Of a DNA stretch of 64,000 nt, positions 52,088-64,000 are shown piece after piece. Origin of the DNA: Octopus vulgaris (taxonomy: Eukaryota). Each line of letters starts with the position of its first letter. Positions within the stretch are counted from its first letter, which is position 1. The notes under the pieces were generated by a model that saw only the letters and a list, made by a program, of their open reading frames with translations, was not told where the DNA came from and searched no databases. The DNA is taken from assembly GCA_951406725.2 (NCBI GenBank), contig OX597814.1, forward strand, positions 124,682,001-124,746,000, read 5' to 3'. Made by a program: the position numbers and the translations under genes.

Positions 52088-52795
52088 CATACATACATAC
52101 ATACATACATACATACATGCAGATGTGTGTATATATCTCATTACACCACTGTATCGATCAAACTAGCGGATGTTTTTATGGTGTTATAAACCGGTAGTTG
52201 CAATGTGCTTACTCGCATTGTTATAACTGTTGAATGATGCTCACCCCACTGGCTAGGCGGTCAGGCCGACATTCGCATTGAATGGAACGCCAATCTGTTG
52301 AAGGTTTACTGATATTACAGCTTGGTGGACAGGAGTAACTTGAATCAAAGTCTTTCCTCAAGAATGCAGGGCACAACTTGTCTGGGAATCGAAATCACGA
52401 TCTAGTGATCTTGAAAGAACACCCTAACCGCTAGGCCACGTGCTGTTGTGCACGCACGCACACGCATACACATACACACACAGCCAAACACGCACACACC
52501 AATTTCACTGTAAAGTTGTAAATTGCAAACTGCAGGACTCCAACTGTTACATTCGATGTACACATAATTATGCAAGTGAATTGCGTATGTATGCGTGTAT
52601 ATGTACTTAGCCAGGTGAACCTCAATGCATAGAAATATATTTCGTAACCTCTTACTATTTGTATATATTTTGATTTACCGCTTATACTTTCGGCATCCAT
52701 TGGAAAATACGTAACAATCTACATACATATATATATATATGTATGTATATAAATATATACATAAATATATGCATGTATATATATGATATATATGT

Positions 52796-52837
<42 letters not shown>

Positions 52838-52958
52838 GTGTGTGTGTATATATATATACATATATATGTGTATGTATATATATATATGTCTGTGTGTATA
52901 TGTATATATATACATATATATGTTCATGTCTATATATATATGTGTGCGTGTGTGTATG

Positions 52959-52996
<38 letters not shown>

Positions 52997-53491
52997 AAAC
53001 GGAAATGCGAAAAGTTTGTTTGTCTGGTTTTGGCATTGAGAACGGGTTAAAGGCCACTAGATCCCGTCGGATTGACTCCAAAATTTACAGGGACATGTAA
53101 AATGAGGTGAGGATGTTAGTGAGCTAGGTTAGAAATTCCCATCTTAAAAGGTGTCGTTGCTAGGGCCAGAAACTCACTTTCACAAGTCTACTCTCATTCT
53201 TTTATGTATCTGTCTTCCTCCGTCACTCACTCTCTTTCCTCCCTTCCCATCACTTTCTATATATAACATCGTTTCACGGCTTCTAACTCCCTTACCTTCA
53301 CTTTCTCTTTATAACGTCGTGTCACGGCGTTCTGTATCTCCCGCTCCCCGCCTTCGACAGCGCTTTCACTCTCTCTCTCTCTCTCTCTCTACGTCTGTCT
53401 GCATTCATAGAGAGAATTATCATCGCCACTAACACAACATAATCATGAGAACAAATATTATGAATCAGATATTTATTGGGTTAATTTATAA

Positions 53492-53542
<51 letters not shown>

Positions 53543-54096
53543 CTATATATAAATATGTATATATAATGTATATATACAAAGTGTATATATCTGTATTTAT
53601 GTATATTAAACTTTTTAAGCCATGGTGAGTCTACTGTCGTGACAAAGAATCACTTCAAAACTTGGTGTTTAGGAATTTTCTTTTACATCAAGTTCAAAAT
53701 TTTACGCCAGCCGTTAAACTGTCAATACGTTGCTGTCCATCGTTGAGAAATGCCAGCCATGGTGACTCTACTATCCTCAGATTCTATCCCTTCAAACTTT
53801 GGTTTCCAATATTTTTTTTTATTTGTATTCAGGTCGCAAGTTCGTATGTCCCTTTTAAATGTTAGTGTTATGCTGTCTGCCTTGAAGCAGACCTTTCCGT
53901 TGTCACTGCCTGATATTTATGATTGATCATTCAAAATATTTTATTTCTCAACTTACTCAAGATCTTTTGTTGTTTATAAATGGGAGAGAGATAGATAAAG
54001 ATAGAGAGTAAGAGAAAGCGAGGGAGAGTCCGAGAGAAAAGAAAAGTAAGAGAGTGGGAAAGTGAGAGAGAAAGGAGAGAGAAACGATGAGGGAGA

Positions 54097-54412
54097 ATCA
54101 TCATCATCATCATCATCATCGTTTAACGTCCGTTTTCCGTGCTAGCACGGGTTGGACAGTTCGACCGGGGTCTGGGAAGCCAGGAGGCTGCAGCAGGCTC
54201 CAGTCTTATCTGGCAGTGTTTCTACAGGTGGATGCCCTTCCTAACGCCAACCACTCTGTGAGTGTAGTGGGCGTTCTTTTCCTGCCGCCGGCACAGGTGC
54301 CAGGGGGACTGGCAGCGGCCACGATCGGTTGGTGCTTTTTACGTGCCACCGGCACAGAAGCCAGTCAAGGCAGCGCTGCAATCGGCCACGTTCGGATGGT
54401 GCTTTTTACGTG
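54097..54412 (-). mobile_element. SINE-like repeat, family D, abutting (CAT)n
   Basis: (CAT)n-CGTTTAACGTCCGTTTTCC.TGCT...TTTCTAC...GGATGCCCTTCCTAACGCCAACC. Degenerate relatives adjoin CAT repeats at about 13876-14100 and 31190-31420. Confidence 0.6.
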
Positions 54413-54480
54413 CTGAAAGGAAGCAACAGAAAGTAACAACCACACACTTACCCGCGTGTAGAGCGGGTCACCTTAAGCTA

Positions 54481-54541
<61 letters not shown>

Positions 54542-54574
54542 CCCACAAATACACACATAGTGAGCGAGAGATAA

Positions 54575-54608
<34 letters not shown>

Positions 54609-54611
<3 letters not shown>

Positions 54612-54985
54612 GGAACAAAAACGCAATAGAGGACAATAAAACATTCGAACAGATAGACGATACGAAAGCGGACAGGAGGAACAATTTGAAGGATAGACAA
54701 AAAAAGATGGGTCATTCATGGCCTTCTTTCCTCAGTCAAGTTACCAGACGTCCTTACTGTTTCGGGCAATTACAATTGAGATAGTTCGATCTGGTTGACC
54801 CCCCAAAAGTCTAAGCGAAGAACATTAGATTTTTTTGTAAGAAAGCTAGCGAATTTGTACGGCAACAAAGACAAAAGACGGAGGACATGGTACACAGTTA
54901 CAAATACAAACAACAAGAATATAACAATATGTGTCTTTCGACTGAGAACGAATCAAATTGAGCTGGCGTGTATGAAGTGAAAGCC
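54609..54985 (-). mobile_element. PLE terminal-repeat-like remnant in (TA)n
   Basis: TA-bounded, containing GACAAAAGACGGAGGACATGG similar to the pLTR ends at 43296, 49100 and 19628. Confidence 0.45.
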
Positions 54986-56834
54986 CATATATATACGTAT
55001 ATACATATTTATCTATATATCCATATGTATGTATATATGTGCGGGTGAGTATGCATACATGTGTATGTATGTATATATATGTGTGAGAGAGAGAGAGAGA
55101 GAGAATGTGTGCGTATGTATGTTTATCTACACGCAAAAATACACACACATAAATATAAACACACACACACGTACACTTAAAGTAACATCTTCAGTGTAAA
55201 CTAGAGAAAAGGTGAAGTACTAAATACAGAAAAAGGAGTGCCAAAATACATCTATTTATATTAAAACTTGAAACGCCATGACTGAGTTTCGCTGAGTTAT
55301 ACGAAAGAGATTTGTGCAATGATGCAGAAAACCTTTAAGAAGACTAATCACATAACAAAAACAAAAATGTAAAAAAAAATCAAAAATCATTGTATTGCGA
55401 GTGTAAAGTTTGAATGGAATAAAAAATATTTGATTAGATGCATATGCAGTGATAAAACCATCTAACTAAAATCAAATGAATAAAAATATAATTTATAAAT
55501 GACAATATAATTCAATCTTATTAATTGCTCGTATTTTAGGCCATTTGCAAAAGGCCATTCACATTTTACTATCACAGAATGTTACAATATTACAGAATGA
55601 AAAGAAAGAAATATACGAGATGGGAGACAGTTGGAAAGCGAGTAAAAGTGATGGAATAAAGTGTGAGAAAAAAAAAATAACGTTAACTCTTAAAACGCTG
55701 TCAGAAATCACTATCCATTCATAAAACATGTTGCAACGTGAAAGAGTATGAAAAGCCAAAACAAGAATTAAAACAAAGAATACGATAGTATTAGAAACTT
55801 CTCATTGAAAATTTTTGATGGTGGATCTGTATTTTTTTTTTTTTTTTTTTTTTGAAAATCACATAGTAAATATTTTGCTTTCTGTAGACATTGGCAGAAA
55901 ATTTAATGTTTTAAAGATCTAAGCTCTTTTCCGTTTTGTTTGGTGAGGAAAAGTGATCAATCAGCTTATTTTTGTTATCTTATTTGCAAGGAGATGCAAT
56001 AGTAAGAATGAGCCATATTACATGAAGAGTTATCGGAAATCAATTGGCACAATTATTAGAGCGTCGCTTAGACTGTTTTGCGGGTCTCTGCGTTTTGAGT
56101 TAAAATCAAGCATAAAATAGTAACATTTATATACGAGTAAATACGCTATGTCACAAGGTATCCTCGATCTTCAGATACATCATGATAGCTCACACGAAAA
56201 TTTCCTCTTTGGATTGACTCACAAATACCTTGATAGAAATAATGTTGTTGTCCCGCCAGTGTAGGATTTTGGTTGAATGCAAAATATTTACATAAAGCGG
56301 CCACATATCTCTTAGATGAAATAGTAGAAGTAAAGTGCTAACATCTGATACACGATCTCAAAGAAATATAAATGATCTTATATACTTCCTAGTTAGTCGT
56401 TTGCTACAGGACGAGATATCTCTGCTCCGAGAGATATAGCGATCATCAGGCAATGTAACAAGAGTTGGTGGTTCTCTTTTCATATTCCTGGGAGCTGAGG
56501 GATTTTCCGTTTTAATACTATCATTACTTAACGGAAGATGCTGCGGAATGAAATAGATCGGTATGATGAAGGATCAGACCTACATTTCCTCTTATGTATA
56601 GGAACCACGGAGGCGATATTCAGCTGGTTTGTAAATTCACAAAATACATCGCAAGCAAAACGCAGGTAAAATAGGTGACACACGACCTCAGTTAGTTCTA
56701 CACAGAACTCCGAGAGGAGATTTAAACAGTGCTAGTGACTTATTCGGGTTCAAGAAATGTTGGCTTTCTCCATTGGCGCTATGTGCGCGATGAGATTATT
56801 TTCAGTCGCAATGGAATATGAAAAGAGAACCGAC

Positions 56835-57000
56835 AAGTAGGTGAACCCAGTCATGGCTGTCAGACAATTTCTGTAATCACATCGCCCCTAACATCTGGCC
56901 ACTTAACTCTCCAGACTGCAGCCCCCTTGATTATTATGTGTGGGATGCATTTGAACGGGAGACCTGCAAAACTCCTTGTAACACCAAGGACATAAAGTAC
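56835..57000 (+). pseudogene. Tc1/mariner (maT/DD37D-like) transposase fragment
   Basis: TQSWLSDNFCNHIAPNIWPLNSPDCSPLDYYVW matches the WPPNSPDLNPLDY motif. Confidence 0.65.
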
Positions 57001-57711
57001 GTTTGATTATCCTCAATGAATACTTCACACAAAAGCTAAGTGAATTATGGCGATTGGGGAAGCAGAGGCTGCGAGAGTTCTCGGCATCAGCGACTAACAT
57101 CACTAGGGACAAACTGTTACGAAAACAATAATTTGTTGTTTATACAGAGGTTGTATCCAATCGCAAGAGGAGCAGCAGCTTCATATACGAGTGTATATAC
57201 TGCTCAGGCCTGATGCGAAAACAGAAAGAGTCTTGCACTTATCTATCATCATATGGAACAAAAGATTGTAAGCTGGAATCATCTCAACTAACAGAGCTCA
57301 AATACCTCCTGACATTTGTTCCATTGAAACTATATATAAAAAAACATTGATTGATGAAATCAAATACCCAGTGGGGCTATAGATTATATATACATGATTA
57401 TAGATATATTAAAAAGAAGAAAAATATATATACACAATATGGAAGATATAACTCATATATTTATCTTTTCATAACCCACTAGGAGTTAGCACTGCAGGAA
57501 TTCGAATATATGTATACGTATGTGTGTGTGTGTACACATATATTCATATGTGTGTGTATACACAGATATTCACAAACACATAATTACATACACACATATG
57601 GAACTATGCGATTAAATTCTAATACATTCACACAGTACACACGCAAACACACGTACAAATATATATTCATACATAGCTGGATCAAACGTTATCAAGTAAA
57701 TTTCCCGACCC

Positions 57712-57771
<60 letters not shown>

Positions 57772-57905
57772 ATATATAAAATATAAATTAGAGATAAAAC
57801 CACTATTATGCAACTCAAACAGTGATAGACATAAACCAATATATAAATATCAATATATATAAATATATATAATTAAATTTTTTTTTTAATTCTTAATTTT
57901 TTAAA

Positions 57906-57958
<53 letters not shown>

Positions 57959-57974
57959 CATATATATATATATA

Positions 57975-58137
57975 GGCGTAGGTGCGGCTGTGTGGTAAGT
58001 AGCTTGCTTACCAACCACATGGTTCCGGGTTCAGTCTCACTGCGTGGCACCTTGGGCAAATGCCTTCTACTATAGCCTCGGGCCGACCAAAGCCTTGTGA
58101 GTGGATTTGGTAGACGGAAACTGAAAGAAGCCCCTCG

Positions 58138-58170
<33 letters not shown>

Positions 58171-58401
58171 GGGTGTTTATATGTTTGTGTATCTGTTTGT
58201 CTCCCCAACGTCGCTTGACAACCGATGCTGGTGTGGTTACGTCCTCGTAACTTAGCGGTTCGGCAAAAGGGACCGATAGAATAAGTACTAGGCTTACAAA
58301 TAATAAGTCCTGGAATCGATTTGCTCGACTAAAGGCGGTGCTCCAGCATGGCCGCAGTCAAATGACTGAAACAAGTAAAAGAGTAAAAGAGAGTAAATGA
58401 G
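57975..58401 (+). mobile_element. SINE family A, full length
   Basis: Complete head, core and tail, followed by (TACA)n. Confidence 0.88.
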
Positions 58402-58723
58402 TACATACATACATACATACATACATACATACATACATACATACATACATACATACACACATACATACATACATACATACATACATACATACATACATAA
58501 ATACATACATACATACATGCATGCATGCATACATACATAGATACATGCATACATACATAGATACATACATACATGCATGCATACATACATACATACATAC
58601 ATACATACATAGATACATACATACATGCATGCATACAGACATACAAACATACATACATACATAGATACATACATACATACATGCATGCATACATACATAC
58701 ATAGATACATACATACATGCATG

Positions 58724-58752
<29 letters not shown>
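58402..58752. repeat. (TACA)n microsatellite with TGCA/TAGA variants
   Basis: Directly visible. Confidence 0.95.
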
Positions 58753-58755
<3 letters not shown>

Positions 58756-58963
58756 AGGAGTCGGGAAGTTTGTGTGACAACATTTTTTTCCAGTTATTTA
58801 CGTTGTCAATTCAAATTTCGTTACAGTCAAGTTTGTTAACCAACTACTTGTGTCGATGTAATCAACTAATCCCGACCCACAAATTTCAGGATTTGTGTTT
58901 CTACTCGAAACAATTACTTTTAATTGGCAGTAAGTTAAAAAAAAAAAAAAACTAACTCAAAAA

Positions 58964-59540
58964 ACCGAGTGTTTGACGCATACGAATTTCAGTTATATGA
59001 AGATTAAGACATTTATATTTCCACAAGGACCAGTCTGCTGTTGCTGTGTCATGCTCCCTTTTGATGGGGCAGGAGTCATCCCAGGTTAGTGGCCCCAGAG
59101 ACTTCATCATGTATACAGCCAACCAGATTCACCAGTGCTTCCCATCGCTGGTGGTGCGGGGCCAGCCATAAGACCTCTGCCTGCCCACAGCTGCTGTATC
59201 GTAAAGCCCTGGTAGCATGATCTCGCGGGAGACGGAGGACGATAACCAGAAAGGAGATAAAATGAGAAAACAAAAACTTGAGCTTGAAAGGGCTGTTTTG
59301 GCCCGTGTCGCTCATAAGGGCTGGCAGAGGTCTCGTGGCTGGCCCGGCACCGGCAGCGATGGGGGGGACTGGTGAATCTGGTCGGCTGTATACATGATGA
59401 AGTCTCTGGGATCACTAACCTGGGATGACTCCAGCCCCATCAAAAGAGAGCATGACACAGCAGCAGCAGTCTGGTGCTTGTGGAAATATAAATGTCTTAA
59501 TCTTCATACGACTGAAACTCGTATGCGTCAAACACTCGGT
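58964..59540. mobile_element. GC-rich foldback element with 223-bp inverted arms
   Basis: 58964-59186 is the imperfect reverse complement of 59318-59540 (equal arm lengths), around a 131-bp spacer. Confidence 0.85.
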
Positions 59541-60120
59541 GTTTTTAGTAATTTTTTAAAAAACTTTCTGCAACAAAAGAACATAAATATAAGTGTTTTC
59601 TTTAAATTTACATTTCATATTTTAAAAAATATCCGAAAGAAAAGCAGGTTCTGATCACCAGCTGATGATCAGAAATGAGTGGCTCAGAATAATAGGAATA
59701 AGAGTCTTTCTGTTATAATGTATTATAGAATACTTTAGCTTGTATTGAGTCCTGCAATTTATTGCTTCCTGATGAATCAACAAAGATTTACACAGACACA
59801 CACACACACGCGCATATTTTGTGTCTTGCTAGGGTGATTACACCTGTAATAATAACGCAAGGTACTGGTTCAATACTACGTCATTATTGTTAGTCAACTG
59901 GTTAAATATCTAACCGACTAACAAATCGATCATTTGTTTTATTGTGCTGGTTAAACAATCAATCGGTTGTTTGGGAACCAAAGTCCTTTTGTCGCTATTA
60001 TTGGCGTAATGACCTTTCCAACACACAAGATTTGTTTCAATACACGAATTCACAGCAAAGAATCTTGCAAACCAATTACAAAAACCAAGTATATATTATA
60101 TATTTATATATTATGTATAG

Positions 60121-60243
<123 letters not shown>

Positions 60244-60395
60244 TACACATATATTTATAAATAAATATATATGTGTATATATATATATATATACATATAC
60301 AAACATACGTACGTATATATTTGTGTACATATATATATATGTATATGTATTATATGTATATGTATACATACATATATACATACATATATACATAC

Positions 60396-60426
<31 letters not shown>

Positions 60427-60485
60427 ATGAGTAAGTAGAGCTAACTATGGATTATATCGTCTTAAAAAGAAAAGGATGTAATATT

Positions 60486-60912
60486 GGTTTCAAATTTTGA
60501 CTCAACGTCAGCAATTTCGGGTTAATGGGTATATCGATTATATTGAACCCATTATTCATCTGGTACTTATTGTATGGACCCCGAAAGGATGAAAGCCGAA
60601 GTAGGAATTTGAACTCAGATTGTAAATCTGATGAAGCATTTTGCATTTTGCCCTGCGTGCTAATGATTCTGCCAACTCGACGCCTTAAGAGGATGTAATA
60701 TTAACATTGAAGGCGAGCTGGAAGAGTCGTTAGCACACCGGGCGAAATACTTGACGGTATTTCGTTTGTCTTTACGTTCTGAGTTAAAATTTCGCCTAGG
60801 TCAACTTTGCCTTTCATCTTTCTGGGGTAAATAAAATAATTAGCAGTTAGCACTGAGGTCGATGTAATCGACTTAGCCCCAAAACTGCTGGCCTTGTGCC
60901 ATATTTGAAACA
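60486..60912. mobile_element. Two divergent SINE family B copies (60486-60686 minus, 60711-60912 plus)
   Basis: Core motifs on opposite strands. A 13-bp TSD AGGATGTAATATT at 60473 and 60690 brackets the minus copy. Confidence 0.82.
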
Positions 60913-61228
60913 ATTATTTACATTAACGATATGAACTTGAACTAAGTAACGGGTCCTGATGGTTTACCAGAGGCTCTTAAAAACAGGGAAGAAAACTATG
61001 GTAAAGGCTCTGCAAACTCCTGACTTGCAGCACGGCTTCCATTTATGTAGATGCTGTCTCAGTTATCTACTAAGACTAGGCACTGAAAAAACAGAAACTG
61101 TTCATTTAATTGTGGAAATGATATATCTCGAATTTGCATAGAACTTAGATAACAGAATGAGTTATCACAAACTGCGTTACCTTGCCATAGTTGGGAAACT
61201 AGAGAAGTTGCTGTATACAGAGGTAATA

Positions 61229-62132
61229 CGAGGGTTTTTCCTAAAGAAACCAGAATATTGCAATGTTTATTCACTTAGTTTTACATGTTTACACTTCTAT
61301 CGCTTTCAAAGTGTTCTCCATTTGAAGCAATCCATCGGTCTAGACGGGTTTTTCACTGTTCGAAGCAGTGCAGGAACTCTTACGAAGTGATACATATTAA
61401 CGCCTCCATCGTTTTATTCTTCACTTCTTCCACATCTGCTAATTCCGTAGCACCAGTCTTCATCACCAGTGATGACCTTTGAAAAAAAGGATCAACTTCC
61501 AACTGTTCTTTCAGTTCACGACACGCATTCAGTCGTGACTGCTCTTGATCTTCCTTGAGCAAGCGAGGCACAAATTTTGCTGCATTGTTTTTCATTCATA
61601 ATTCCTGTCTCAAAATTCGTTAGGAGAAGCTCCAGGATACACGAGTCATATCAACAAGTTCGTCAACTGTTCAGTGATGGTTTTCCAAGATCATTTCATG
61701 AATTTTCGCGATGTTTTCATTCGTTCGAGTGGTTGATGGTTGTCCTGAACGAGGTTGGTCTTTAAGCGACAAGTGACCATTCCTAAAGCATGGAAACCAC
61801 TCGTAAACTTTGTGTTTTGCTCATGGCAGCGCCCTTGTAAGCTGTTTCAAGTATGACAACTGCTTCGGTGGCCGTTTTTCCCAGGAGAAAACAGAATTTC
61901 ACGGAAGCACGCTGTCTCCTCGTTTCAGCCATTGCAAAAATGGACGAACAGGGGAGAAGCACTACTACAGACAGAAGCACCACGTGGCTACAATGGACGA
62001 CTATAATGGACGACGCCGGTTGGCAAACTGATGCCTGAGGATCGCACCAGGTGGCTTCTAGCGGCGAAAGCCCAAACTACAACAGGCTTTTCCCACAGAG
62101 AACGTTTACGGTTACTTTGGGGTACCCCATTG
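61229..62132 (-). mobile_element. Internally deleted mariner remnant
   Basis: QRASVKFCFLLGKTATE..AYKGAAMSKTQ, AAKFVPRLL and VITGDE jump directly to the C-terminal ADVEEVKNKT. Degenerate TA-flanked TIRs. Confidence 0.75.
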
Positions 62133-62458
62133 TAGGTAGTAGCAGCCAACACTACTTTCTCCGAGAGGGCATCACTTCTAAGCGGAAGTCCCTACGTGAA
62201 ATATACTGGGACCACTACCCTTTGTGACAATATTCTCAGACAGGAAAAAGCTGGCCTTGCTGAGAACATTTTTACACAGTTGCTTGGGCTGCTGCTCCCA
62301 GTTATGGAGTCACTTAGAGTCAAACTAACAGTGGAAATCAAAGCAATCCAACGCTGTTACACCAAGAAATGATGCCTCGGTGCAATAGATAAGTTGCGGG
62401 GAGAGGCTTTCTCACTCTCTTTCTCTACCCTCTCTCTCTCTCTCGCTCTCTCTCTATA

Positions 62459-62980
62459 TCTATATAATACTAAAAGTCTGTGATTGCTTGCTTGTGTGCT
62501 TGTCTGTAATTCAATATAGCGCATAATGGGAAAATACTTTGAAAGTAAGGTACCCCTAAAATGTGAATATAAACAGAATAAAACAAGTTTCGCAAATATC
62601 GGTCCACGGATTCTTGAGATACGAGGTTTTGGGGGGTTTGTTTCCACAAACTTAAGCAGTGAAACCAGGAATTATTGCCCTTTAGTGAATACCTGGAGAG
62701 TTTTGTTTGCTTGTGTGCTTGTCTGTAATTTAATACAGCCAAAGCGGTGCAAAATGGCAGAATACTCTGAAAGTAAGGTGCCCCTGAAATGGGAATACAA
62801 ATGGAATAAGCCAAATTTCGCGTAAATTAGACCACGAGATCCCGAGACACGCAGTTTTTTCGGATACCTTTATAAATAGCCAAACCGGCACATAGTGGGA
62901 AATACTCTGAAAGTAAGGTACCATTAAAATATGCACCTAAACGGAATAAAATTTCGCGTAAGTCGGAGCACGGGTTCCCG
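62459..62980 (+). mobile_element. Helitron-like 5' portion with three internal tandem units
   Basis: Starts A|TCTATATAATACTAAAAG. The unit AATACT.TGAAAGTAAGGT.CC..TAAAAT recurs at about 62530, 62760 and 62900. No CTAG end is seen. Confidence 0.5.
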
Positions 62981-63698
62981 ATCTGTAACGATGAGATTGA
63001 AACAATAGACCACCTAATCTCAGGGTGTAGAGTCTTAGCACCTGCAGAATATAAAGCAAGACATGACAGAGTCGGCCAGTATTTACATTGGACGATATGT
63101 CGGTATTATAAAATCAAAACCGCTGACAAATGGTATAAACACCATCTTGAAGCTGTGACTGAGGGAGAAAATGTGTCGATTTTATGGGACTTCCCCGTAC
63201 AGACCGAAAAGACTATAAAATCCAATAAACCGAATATTATTATAAAGGATCAGACAAAAACGAAGTGTTTATTAATTGGCATGAGTATTTCTTGCGATCA
63301 CAATATAGCGGCGAAAGAATTTGACAAGATTAGTAAATATAAAGACCTGCTAATGGAAATTGAAAACATGTGGCATCCCAGGGCGACTACAGTACCAGTG
63401 ATTGTAGGATCTCTAGGAGTCATAAAAAAAGGCACTGAAACCTATTTAAAGATGATTCCAGGCTTACTATCCCTACAGGAAGTGCAAGAGATCGTGTTGA
63501 CTGGAACGGTTCATGCACTGAGAAGAGCATTATCGCTGTGAAAACAACATCCATCCATGAATTTATTTATTTATTAATTTTTAAATACATATTTTATCTG
63601 TGAATTTGCGTGTGTAATCTGGGAATGCATACAATGAGCTTCTCTGTCCTAGGTGTATGGAAAACACTCGGCGAGAAACGGAAGAAAATTTGAAGAAA

Positions 63699-63699
<1 letters not shown>
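62981..63699 (+). mobile_element. 3' fragment of R4/Dong-type non-LTR element (CCHC + restriction-like endonuclease)
   Basis: The frame extends upstream of 63155: CNDEIETIDHLISGC..YKARHDRV..LHW..ILWDF..NKPNIII..KISKYKDL..VPVIVGSLG. The 3' UTR ends at (AAT)n 63700-63783. The catalytic PD..D motif appears mutated (PN..G). Confidence 0.85.
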
Positions 63700-63784
<85 letters not shown>

Positions 63785-63850
63785 TGAGGGAATATTATTC
63801 CAAACTTACAAGGAAAAATTCAATTTAGAAATACTAAATCAAATTTCACA

Positions 63851-63913
<63 letters not shown>

Positions 63914-64000
63914 AAAAGACCATCTTTTATCAATTCAATATTGAAAAACTAAATTATACCATTTAGAAAAATTACATATAGAAAGATTAAATATAAGATA

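Noticed and set aside
54715-54775. Permuted (type II) hammerhead: minus-strand GAAACAGTA...CTGAGGA (similar layout at about 5860-5900)
   Set aside because: The core words are present but stems I and II cannot be paired convincingly.

Overview
This is a eukaryotic, AT-rich, microsatellite-saturated window with no recognisable host gene. The SINE families and simple-repeat load resemble an octopus/cephalopod genome (recognition from memory, not verified). Almost every real ORF is transposon-derived. These include an uninterrupted CR1/L2-type LINE ORF2 in (TA)n (2.7-5.6 kb), a Penelope-like element (PLE) with a 940-bp near-perfect inverted duplication (14.1-17.4 kb) and a near-full-length Neptune-type PLE (43.3-47.6 kb) with a truncated sister copy. 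There is also a full-length decayed Tx1/L1-type LINE inside (TATC)n (31.6-37.5 kb), an R4/Dong-type RLE 3' fragment ending in (AAT)n, several mariner/Tc1 elements and MITEs, Helitron remnants and at least four SINE families. The signal not visible in the ORF track is a set of about 10 minimal type-I hammerhead ribozyme motifs. They lie in PLE termini, in ~200-bp non-coding elements embedded in (TA)n (solo-pLTR/retrozyme-like) and in back-to-back inverted pairs. Different retroelement classes also appear to partition different microsatellites as insertion sites. Most short ORFs in the track are microsatellite artefacts.
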